Translations under genes and position numbers: made by a program
The notes under the pieces: model-generated
Database searches by the model: none
What the model was told of the DNA's origin: nothing
The model's input: the letters and a program-made list of their open reading frames with translations, nothing else
In this document: positions 9,401 through 16,110 of the stretch, one piece after another
Numbering within the stretch: the stretch's first letter is position 1
How the letters are laid out: every line of letters begins with the position of its first letter
Assembly: GCF_000020025.1 (NCBI RefSeq)
Contig: NC_010628.1
Span: 2,910,001 to 2,942,000 of the forward strand
DNA length: 32,000 bases
Source: Nostoc punctiforme PCC 73102
Lineage (GTDB): Bacteria; Cyanobacteriota; Cyanobacteriia; Cyanobacteriales; Nostocaceae
Direction of reading: 5' to 3'

Positions 9401-10711
9401 CAAGTGCCTGCTGTACCAGAAGCTGAATTTAGTAATTCGCCGATGCAGCTTCAGGGAAAGCGCCTGTTGATTGTGGACGATAATCTGACTAACTGTCAAA
9501 TTATCAGCTTGCAAGCAGAGTCTTGGGAAATGGAAACTTATGCTGCCAAATCTGCTAAAGAAGCGTTAGCTCAACTTGCTCAGGGAATACAGTTTGATAT
9601 TGCCATTTTAGATATGGAAATGCCAGCAATGGATGGTATAACCCTAGCTCGTCAAATCCGCAGGCAATCTGGTTGTCAAAATCTACCTTTAGTGATTCTT
9701 ACTTCTTTAGGTAGAGAAGAAACATTCTCTGACTTTGGTGATGTCGAGTTTGCTGCCTCTTTGAGTAAACCGATCAAACAGTCTCAACTCTACGATGTTA
9801 TAACCCGTGTTTTAGGAAATCAGCCCAGCGAAGCGAGTATTACTGATTTTCCCTTGGTTGATCGGCATTTGACCCATCCACTGCCACTACGGATTCTTTT
9901 GGCAGAAGATACGATTGTCAATCAAAAAGTTGCCTTACTGATGCTACAGAAAATAGGTTATTCAGCTGATGTCGTAACTAATGGGGTAGAAGTACTCAAG
10001 GCTTTGCAAAAACAGCCTTATGACCTAGTGTTGATGGATGTCCACATGCCCGAAATGGATGGGTTAGAAACAGCTCGAAGAATCTGTCAAGAATGGAAAG
10101 TCGGTTTTCGTCCCCATATCATTGCGATAACTGCCAATGCAATGCGAGGCGATCGCGAAGTCTGTCTTGCTGCTGGTATGGATGACTACATTAGCAAACC
10201 GATTCAGCTTCAAAAGTTAGCTCAGGCACTCAGCAAATGCCCACGCCAAAGAAGTCTTGAAGTCACTCCCATAGTCAAACAAGATCGAGTGAGGTACTTA
10301 GAATTGCAACCTTTGCAAAATATTTTCCAAGAAGGGCAAAACCAGACATTAAAAAGTGACAAAATTGATGCCAAAATTCTCCAATCCTTACGGGATATAG
10401 TCAGAGGCGATCGTGTTGTATTTGCTGAACTAATTAAGTGTTATCTTACAGAAACACTGAGACTGGTACAAGATATTAGCACTGCGATCGCAACTCGGGA
10501 TGCCCAGACTATATGGAAAGCAGCCCATCAACTTAAGTCTAGCAGTGGTTCAATTGGAGCGATCGCTTTAGCACAGCTTTGCAAGGTTTTAGAAGCACAG
10601 GGACGGAGCAGTGAATTAGAAAACACCATAGAATTACTCCCGCAGTTATACCAGGAATATGAACAAGTTAAAACTGCCTTAGAAAAAGAACTTGCGAAGG
10701 AAACACCATGA
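6500..10711 (+). CDS. Membrane-anchored multi-sensor hybrid histidine kinase: 2 TM - PAS - LOV - PAS - GAF - HisKA - HATPase_c - REC - REC - HPt
   Basis: 1403-aa ORF with a GTG start. Hydrophobic N-terminus; LOV motif GQNCRFLQ; H-box [16 protein letters not shown]; N-box [12 protein letters not shown]; G-boxes DTGIGI and GGTGLGL. Two receiver domains (LIVDDN...[11 protein letters not shown]...SKP and LLAEDT...[11 protein letters not shown]...SKP). C-terminal HPt motif [13 protein letters not shown]. Confidence 0.95.
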   Translation: MVKQRRYHWLKAVIFFRKRKLLALLLGIFFSISVVLLWQRLSIQTPGLLKPVVLITGLLVVTLTLSICFALAIKVNNQQIALINQDLTHRILEQKQVEITLRASENRLRQLLETVKVIPWELDLKTWRFIYVGPQAVDLLNYAIADWYEENFWINHLHPHDKEKSVRFRQEATARCENHELEYRMLAADGRVVWLRDVVSVVEEAGTLTTLRGFMFDITDLKQVEETLRLRERALAATSNGIIIADARLPYNPIIYVNCAFEKITGYTAADVIGQNCRFLQRTDSQQPALNELRSSLQAGTSCKVILRNYSKDGVLFWNELCISPIHDENGKLSHFIGIQTDISQRKQAEASLRRQALTFENMHDGVIITDLGGNIIDWNPAAQSMFGYTKAEILAKHISILHRPEVAATLSAKILEKINQQARWSGEIHFLCKDGSQAICETTVVSLQDEQGETVATVGINHDITENKRAKEALQRQLHRTLLLEQITQEIRQSLDTSKIFETAATQIGKAFKADRCLIHSYISDPTPRIPLVAEYNTLPGYCSMLKLEVPMTNNPHAEQMMAQESAIASPDVYADPLLQAAEPICRKIELKSMLSIRTSYQGEPNGAIGLHQCSYFRQWTPDEIELLEAVAAQLGIALAQAQLLEQETHRREELTLKNFALEQAKRQAEAANRAKSEFLAMMSHEIRTPMNAVIGMTDLLLDTDLTPQQQDFVETVRSSGDALLTIINDILDFSKIESGKLELEEQPFDLRACVEQAISLLAPKAAQKNIELVYLIQPQVPTQIVGDMTRLRQVLMNLLNNAIKFTERGEVVLSVELGAGDSVKQGENSSPLHPSLVRLRPSLREAAPTTTLRTSSRQARPSASSESPIQIQFAIKDTGIGITPEKIERLFHPFTQADVSMTRRYGGTGLGLVISKRLSKMMGGTLWVESQGIVGGNPSPRWKSRKSLSSPYSSQGSTFYFTITAQVPAVPEAEFSNSPMQLQGKRLLIVDDNLTNCQIISLQAESWEMETYAAKSAKEALAQLAQGIQFDIAILDMEMPAMDGITLARQIRRQSGCQNLPLVILTSLGREETFSDFGDVEFAASLSKPIKQSQLYDVITRVLGNQPSEASITDFPLVDRHLTHPLPLRILLAEDTIVNQKVALLMLQKIGYSADVVTNGVEVLKALQKQPYDLVLMDVHMPEMDGLETARRICQEWKVGFRPHIIAITANAMRGDREVCLAAGMDDYISKPIQLQKLAQALSKCPRQRSLEVTPIVKQDRVRYLELQPLQNIFQEGQNQTLKSDKIDAKILQSLRDIVRGDRVVFAELIKCYLTETLRLVQDISTAIATRDAQTIWKAAHQLKSSSGSIGAIALAQLCKVLEAQGRSSELENTIELLPQLYQEYEQVKTALEKELAKETP
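7202..7531 (+). other. LOV (flavin-binding, blue-light) PAS domain within the hybrid kinase
   Basis: [47 protein letters not shown]...[40 protein letters not shown]. The adduct-forming Cys (codon at 7328-7330) sits in the canonical NCRFLQ motif. The flanking N/N/Q flavin-contact positions are conserved as in phototropin LOV2. Confidence 0.8.
8958..9113 (+). mobile_element. In-frame GC-rich small dispersed-repeat insertion inside the HATPase_c domain
   Basis: About 156 bp (52 codons) lie between the N-box strand (VVLSVELG) and the strand preceding the G1 box ([14 protein letters not shown]). It translates to low-complexity [50 protein letters not shown]. The ends are imperfectly inverted (GGGGATTCAG / CCGAGTCCCC). 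It shares exact 15-mer and 10-mer matches with intergenic repeats at 1117-1131 and 13103-13112. Confidence 0.55.
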
Positions 10712-11676
10712 CAGCTACTGCTCAAGAAAGCCAATCTTTAGTTCTAATTGTTGATGATGAGCCTTTTATCCGCATGATACTTCGGCATTTCTTGGAGCGG
10801 GAAGGCTATAAAATAGCGGAAGCTCAAAATGGCAGAGAGGCTTTAACTGCTTTTAACCAACTGCACCCTGACATAATACTTCTTGATGCCATCATGCCGG
10901 ATATGGATGGGTTCGAGTGTTGCACTCACTTAGAGCTTCTTGATTGCAGCAAGCACACTCCAGTTTTAATGATTACAGGACTTGAGGATCAAGAGTCAGT
11001 TGACCGGGCATTTGCAGTGGGAGCAATGGACTATATTACCAAACCGATTCACTGGCCAGTTTTACGACAACGGGTAAAACGCTTGATTGAGCAATCTCAG
11101 TTACAACAAAAACTGGAAGCCGTTAATTTGGAATTGCAGCGATTAGCTACTATTGATGGATTAACTCAAATAGCTAACCGTCGACGCTTTGAAGAGTATC
11201 TTAACCAAGAGTGGCAGCGCCTAAAACGGGATAAACGGCCTCTTTCCCTGATTCTTTGCGATGTTGATTTCTTCAAATTATATAACGATACTTATGGGCA
11301 TCGAGTAGGCGATCGCTGTCTTCAAGAAATTGCTAAGGCTATCAAAGATATTATTAAACGTCCCGGAGATTTAGTTGCCCGTTATGGTGGAGAAGAATTT
11401 GCTGTGATTTTACCTAACACAGACACCGAAGGGGCGACTCATGTTGCCAAGAAAATTTGCCATACTGTCCGAAAATTGGCAATACCTCATGAAAATTCCG
11501 AAGTTAGTCCTTATGTAACCATTAGTGCTGGGTTTACGACAGAAATTCCTCAGTCAGATTCTGACTTGGAAGAAATGATTGCCGCAGCAGATCGGGCATT
11601 GTATCAAGCAAAGGCAGCAGGACGCGATCGCTTTGTGCAAGATATTTTACTACCCAAAAGTAAAAATGAGTGGTAA
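10708..11676 (+). CDS. Response regulator with receiver plus GGDEF diguanylate cyclase domains
   Basis: 322-aa ORF. Its ATG overlaps the upstream stop (ATGA). REC motifs LIVDDEP...[11 protein letters not shown]...TKP. Coiled linker. GGDEF domain with an intact GGEEF (11386-11400) and an RxxD I-site (RPGD) five residues upstream. Confidence 0.95.
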   Translation: MTATAQESQSLVLIVDDEPFIRMILRHFLEREGYKIAEAQNGREALTAFNQLHPDIILLDAIMPDMDGFECCTHLELLDCSKHTPVLMITGLEDQESVDRAFAVGAMDYITKPIHWPVLRQRVKRLIEQSQLQQKLEAVNLELQRLATIDGLTQIANRRRFEEYLNQEWQRLKRDKRPLSLILCDVDFFKLYNDTYGHRVGDRCLQEIAKAIKDIIKRPGDLVARYGGEEFAVILPNTDTEGATHVAKKICHTVRKLAIPHENSEVSPYVTISAGFTTEIPQSDSDLEEMIAAADRALYQAKAAGRDRFVQDILLPKSKNEW

Positions 11677-11800
11677 AAATCTCTAGTTAAGGCTTGCTGC
11701 AAAAGCTTCGTAGGTTCGGTTGCGCGGAATTCATAAAGTAGTGCGATCGCGGCTTGATTCAGTAGAAAAGCGATCGCGGTTCCGTATGAGCGATCGCTAG

Positions 11801-11826
11801 ATTAATCCCTAACCACAGGGATTAAT
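11801..11826. repeat. Perfect 10-bp-stem hairpin (ATTAATCCCT-aaccac-AGGGATTAAT) next to a cluster of three HIP1 sites
   Basis: Read directly from the sequence. No T-run follows, so a terminator role is uncertain. Confidence 0.5.
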
Positions 11827-11943
11827 TATGACAATTATATTTGTTGCAGTACTTTAACGATTGCAGTGCCAGCCCCCTCATCCCGACGCTTTTAAAAGAT
11901 AAAAAGAATTGCTCTAAATAAGTGGGCGTAAATAATTATCGTT

Positions 11944-11985
11944 GGGATAAGGCAATAGGCAATAGGCAATAGGCAATAGGTATAA
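11944..11985. repeat. Heptamer tandem array (GGCAATA x4 with degenerate flanking units)
   Basis: gggataa ggcaata ggcaata ggcaata ggcaata ggtataa, read directly from the sequence. Confidence 0.9.
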
Positions 11986-12086
11986 GGGTTTTAGCCTAAT
12001 TCATTAATATTACATAGTTTGATTTTATTGTGCCAACCTACTTACTGTAGTATTAGAAGAAAGCGAACTGTATTGACTCTAAAGCT

Positions 12087-13001
12087 TCAAAATTTGGGTT
12101 CCTTTTCCAAAGCTATTATTTGTCTCAAAATAGCCGTGCATAATGAGCTGTCAGTATCTAAAAAACCATTCACGATTGTAAAGTGGTTTTCATTAGGCTG
12201 TGGTAAATATTCACCAGGCAATTCTTTTTCTTTCCATGCAGCCAGAAAATCTAGGGATTGTCGTTGAAACTCTAAAGTCTCTTTGCCGCCATAAGTTACA
12301 AGTAGAGAACCAGCTTTTTCAGGAAGATGACGGATAGGACTATTGCGAAGAACTTCAGCCCAAGTAAGTTGTATTTTGGGTTGTAGCCAGGTGTATGGAA
12401 ATGGCATTAAATCAAACAAACCGCTAATAGCACAACCACCTTTAATGATGTCATCTGGTAGTGCATAGTCGTTTTTCCAGTCTGTAGCCATGAGCATCGC
12501 AGTTAAGTGACCACCGGCTGAGTGACCAGCTACATGGATGCGATTGGGGTCTGCACCAAAGCTTTCTGCATGATTATAAATCCAGGCGATCGCTGAACGA
12601 TTTTGGCGGACAATCTCATCAATGGTTACTTTGGGACACAAGCCATAGTTGACCACTACCACTGTTACATTGGCAGCTACAAGACCTTGGGCGACAAAGC
12701 TAAAATCTTTACTGTTGGACATTATCCAATAGCCACCGTGGATAAATACCAAAATTGGTGCTTGTGGTTGCGTTGCAGGAAAAATATCTAGATGTTCGAC
12801 TACGGTAGAACCAAAAACAACATTTAGATGACAGCGTAGTTTTTCACGCACCTTAGCACTGTTTGTGGCATACAAATTCATATATCCAGGTATATCAAGA
12901 CCTTGTTCACTGGGATTGTACTGGTAATCTAGCTCGGCTTGAGTTTGAAAATTGTGGTACAGCATTGAGTTTTCTGGTTTAGCGCGAGTGATTTTAATCA
13001 A
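12087..13001 (-). CDS. Alpha/beta-fold hydrolase (esterase / arylformamidase-like)
   Basis: HGGYW oxyanion-type motif and GHSAGGH nucleophile elbow. The track start at 13001 is TTG. The first ATG (complement of 12963-12965, MLYHNFQTQ...) is the more likely start. Confidence 0.85.
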   Translation of the reverse strand: MIKITRAKPENSMLYHNFQTQAELDYQYNPSEQGLDIPGYMNLYATNSAKVREKLRCHLNVVFGSTVVEHLDIFPATQPQAPILVFIHGGYWIMSNSKDFSFVAQGLVAANVTVVVVNYGLCPKVTIDEIVRQNRSAIAWIYNHAESFGADPNRIHVAGHSAGGHLTAMLMATDWKNDYALPDDIIKGGCAISGLFDLMPFPYTWLQPKIQLTWAEVLRNSPIRHLPEKAGSLLVTYGGKETLEFQRQSLDFLAAWKEKELPGEYLPQPNENHFTIVNGFLDTDSSLCTAILRQIIALEKEPKF

Positions 13002-13045
13002 AACAAATTAATTCATTCTGTTAGCGGTAGCGGGGCGTTTAGCCC

Positions 13046-13139
13046 ATTCTGACTCCTGATCGAAAAAGCGGATAACGCAGCGTAAAGCCTGCGGCACAGC
13101 GTCTCGTAGAGAGCGTCGCATCTTGATTCTGACTTCTGA
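13046..13139. repeat. GC-rich ~66-bp dispersed-repeat core flanked by a 14-bp near-perfect direct repeat
   Basis: ATTCTGACTCCTGA (13046-13059) and ATTCTGACTTCTGA (13126-13139) bracket tcgaaaaagcggataacgcagcgtaaagcctgcggcacagcgtctcgtagagagcgtcgcatctt. Confidence 0.5.
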
Positions 13140-13646
13140 ATTCTTCTTCAACTAAATTTTTGAGTGAATTAATTCCTTATAAAGTCAAAGTCTTATGTTG
13201 CTTTAAATTAGTTAGAAGAATCGCTAAACAATTACATGAACTTTTATATGGGAAATAGCCTATAATCTTACTGAAATACTCATCATAAATCTGATAAAAG
13301 GAAGTGATAGCAAAGAACACAAAGCCTTTCCACCAAGGATTACATTACTGAATTACATAGGATATTCATAAAGGGTTTAAAACATTTATTCACACAAATA
13401 AATAAGATACAAAAGGTAAATAATTCCGTATAGTTTCGGTGTAAGTCTTTTGATAAATTTACTGCTTCTACGTTCTCTTACGCAAGTTTAATTTTTATTC
13501 TTGAATAAAAATTCACTATTTTCTGACCTTTGTAAAGTTAATATCAAATTATTGGAATAATTGATCTACTCCTTATGGCAGTTGCGGTAGTAAGCGCTAT
13601 CTGAACAATCTTTAGCTTGAGCAAGACAAACTAAGGAGGTTGATTC

Positions 13647-14110
13647 ATGTTGTGTATTGAAGAATTGATCGACTTAGATTTGTTTGAACAGCTCTCTAAA
13701 GAGCAATTAGAGTAGATTTGCGATCGCGCTCAAACGGATGAACTAGGCACCGGAGAAGTATTGACACATAAGGGAGAACCGGGATACGGCTTATTTAGCC
13801 TAGTCAAAGGTAATAGACTTCTTGCAGAAGTGGGGGAAAGGGGAAGGGTTAAGGGGGAAAGGGAAAATTCCATCCCTTTCCCCCTTAACCCTTTAACCTT
13901 TCTCCGACATCTTGCAAAAGGAACTTTTGCAAGATGTCTAATGAATCTTAACCGCTAGACAGAAAGAGTTGAAATTCCTATTGGGCAACATGAAGCCCCA
14001 TCATTTTTTAGTGAAATTCCAGTACTTACCGATGGTTTCTGTGACAGTGCAGGCATTGGCAAATTGTCAATTCTATGAAGTTAAGCAGATATTACATCGT
14101 CAAAGTTAAG
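13647..14110 (+). pseudogene. Decayed cyclic-nucleotide-binding-domain gene (nonsense mutation, MITE insertion and frameshift)
   Basis: A strong SD (taaggagg) precedes the ATG. Reads MLCIEELIDLDLFEQLSKEQLE*ICDRAQTDELGTGEVLTHKGEPGYGLFSLVKG. It is then interrupted by the 13814-13940 element. It resumes as RVEIPIGQHEAPSFFSEIPVLTD, then in another frame as VSVTVQALANCQFYEV, matching the cNMP-binding pattern FFGE..LL....R.A.V.A. Confidence 0.6.
13814..13940. mobile_element. MITE-like element with ~17-bp terminal inverted repeats, inserted in the cNMP-binding pseudogene
   Basis: The left end TAGACTTCTTGCAGAAG matches the reverse complement of the right end, TAGACATCTTGCAAAAG. The internal palindrome is ggggaagggttaaggggg...cccccttaaccctt. 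It generates the spurious ORF 13761..13958. Confidence 0.6.
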
Positions 14111-14703
14111 GATGCGTAGTTTAGCTATGTAGGCATCGCTCTCTTATGTGAGGGGTAAGCGATCGCAGTGTATCCCAAGATTGGCGAAATCACTGCTGAT
14201 GTGGGTCATTGGAGTGGGGAGCTGGCGGTAAATCTGGCGCGAAGATTCGGTTTGGCAGATCCTTTTGGTATAAAAGCATCTGCTGAGGGAAGACTTAAAA
14301 CAAGACCCTCTACTGATGGGATTAAAATTACAAATTATCGAGGATGAAAGTATTACCCCACAATACCTTTACGATTTTGACACTTCATATACTGGCTGTA
14401 GTTCTGCAACGGCTAAATACAAAAGCTGAACCTACCAAAACATTTAGATTCTCTATGTAGCCAAATTTATGGACAAAACCATGATTATTCACAGCTTCCC
14501 CGCACAACAGAAAAGCTTAAAACGCACTTATATAAGCATTTTTAAGCATTTTTTCAAAATTTCTAATTTTAATAAAGACAAATTAAAACTCCTTTGACAC
14601 AATAGTACAGAAACAGAGAGGTATCTAATATTCTCATCTCTCTGTATATATGATTAAGCAACTAGACTGATATAAAAAGAACCAAGCCACTTATCAAAAT
14701 ACG

Positions 14704-15954
14704 ATGAACCCCAACAACCCTTTGCAGACAATGCAAACAAGTTTCCATACGGCTTTAGGTGCTGTTAGTGAATTTACGGCCCTACTTCAAGAGCCCCAAA
14801 AACTCACGAATTACTTTACCAGAATGCAACAAAAGCCGGAGCAATTGTTCCAAGATTTAGCAGTAAAAGGCAAAAATATGGAACAAGATATGAATAGTTT
14901 TTTCAAAAATTACTTTTGCGGAGGTGGTAACAAATCACCATATCCCAAATATATAGAACGGGCAGATGGACAGGCTTTTAACCAACCTTATGAAATCAAA
15001 GGGACAAAAATGTATGGCTTTGTCGTTGAGGGTTCAATGGCGAAGTTGCAAGAGGTCTGTGATAAATATCTCAACGATCCCAATAACGGAGAGATTGAAT
15101 ATCGCCCAGCAATGAACTATCTTGTCCTGACGTTCAACAAGATAGATTCTTTAAGTTCCATCTATCCTCCCGACTATGACAAAGGAACTGTGCATGAAGA
15201 AGAAGCCATCTTTTGGATGTTAACAGTGGTAGGTAAAAGAGTCGGGCCTTTATTCATAGCCGAACGCCTAGCTTGGTTTATGCCTTACGTGTACGTGAAT
15301 AATTCTCCCATCCTAGTTTCTGGTAGAGAAGTCTATGGCTTCTTTAAAGAACTTGGCCTATTTCAGATCCCTGAATTAAATCAAGAACCGGATTTATTTA
15401 CTGTAGATACCTTAGTATTTAAAGAATTTTCTCCTACAAGCCAATCTATAGATGCTCGCCTACTGGAAGTTCAACGCATCAATAAAGGAGAGAAACATCC
15501 AGCTATCAAGACATGGGACACCTTTGAAGAAGCAGCAAGAGCGATCGCTAGTTTATTATTTGACAATAACGAAATTCTGATTCCTGGCTTACAGTTACCC
15601 TTCAATTTCCTCGAATATCTCCTAGAAAAAATCGTCCCACTCGTTACCCTCAAACAAATTCGCGACGTAGAAAACAGCAAAAAAGCCTGCTATCAAGCAC
15701 TGATTGAATCCCCCATGCAACTACAAACCTTCTATGGCGGAAAACTCTTTGGCTTCAATGGTTTTGGCGATCAATTTCAACTAAAAATCAATAATTTCGC
15801 TAGCCAACCCATCGTCCAAGACTTAGGACTACACAAAGGCTATCCCGCAGGTAGCCAATCAGTAAATATCCCCGTAAAGCTTGGTTTCGTGCTGCACTTC
15901 GACTTCACCCTCAAAGATGGGAAAGCCGTTTGGCAAGCACCACAGAAAAATTAG
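14704..15954 (+). CDS. Acetoacetate-decarboxylase-fold (ADC-like) family protein with an N-terminal ~75-aa helical extension
   Basis: 416-aa ORF with an ATG start. The segment MPYVYVNNSPILVSGREVYGFFKELG parallels the clostridial ADC active-site segment as I recall it (MMYLDNEPAIAVGRELSAYPKKLG), and the Schiff-base lysine position is retained. The upstream PYEIKGTKMYGFVVEGSMAKLQEVC parallels PYKFHNREYFNIVYRTDMDALRKVV. Assignment is from memory of the motif, not from a search. Confidence 0.6.
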   Translation: MNPNNPLQTMQTSFHTALGAVSEFTALLQEPQKLTNYFTRMQQKPEQLFQDLAVKGKNMEQDMNSFFKNYFCGGGNKSPYPKYIERADGQAFNQPYEIKGTKMYGFVVEGSMAKLQEVCDKYLNDPNNGEIEYRPAMNYLVLTFNKIDSLSSIYPPDYDKGTVHEEEAIFWMLTVVGKRVGPLFIAERLAWFMPYVYVNNSPILVSGREVYGFFKELGLFQIPELNQEPDLFTVDTLVFKEFSPTSQSIDARLLEVQRINKGEKHPAIKTWDTFEEAARAIASLLFDNNEILIPGLQLPFNFLEYLLEKIVPLVTLKQIRDVENSKKACYQALIESPMQLQTFYGGKLFGFNGFGDQFQLKINNFASQPIVQDLGLHKGYPAGSQSVNIPVKLGFVLHFDFTLKDGKAVWQAPQKN

Positions 15955-16110
15955 CATTGGGCGAATATGATTTCTTACTGCACAAGCAAAATCTATCTAA
16001 TGCAAAATCAAGGGTTTACTAACTAACCTGCGGAGACAGGTTTTGCCTGTGTAGTCGAGACTTCTAGTCGCCCAAACTTTCACAACTAATGCCTATCAGG
16101 AAAAACAAAT

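Noticed and set aside
11700-11800. Cluster of three GCGATCGC sites, considered as a regulatory array
   Set aside because: HIP1 octamers are abundant throughout this window, including within genes. Clustering here is not distinguishable from background without genome-wide statistics.
12019-12267. 82-aa ORF (+) overlapping the 3' end of the hydrolase gene
   Set aside because: It is antisense to a motif-supported CDS, and its start lies in intergenic repeat DNA.
13761-13958. 65-aa ORF (+)
   Set aside because: It is made almost entirely of the MITE-like hairpin element (Gly/Glu/Arg low-complexity translation).
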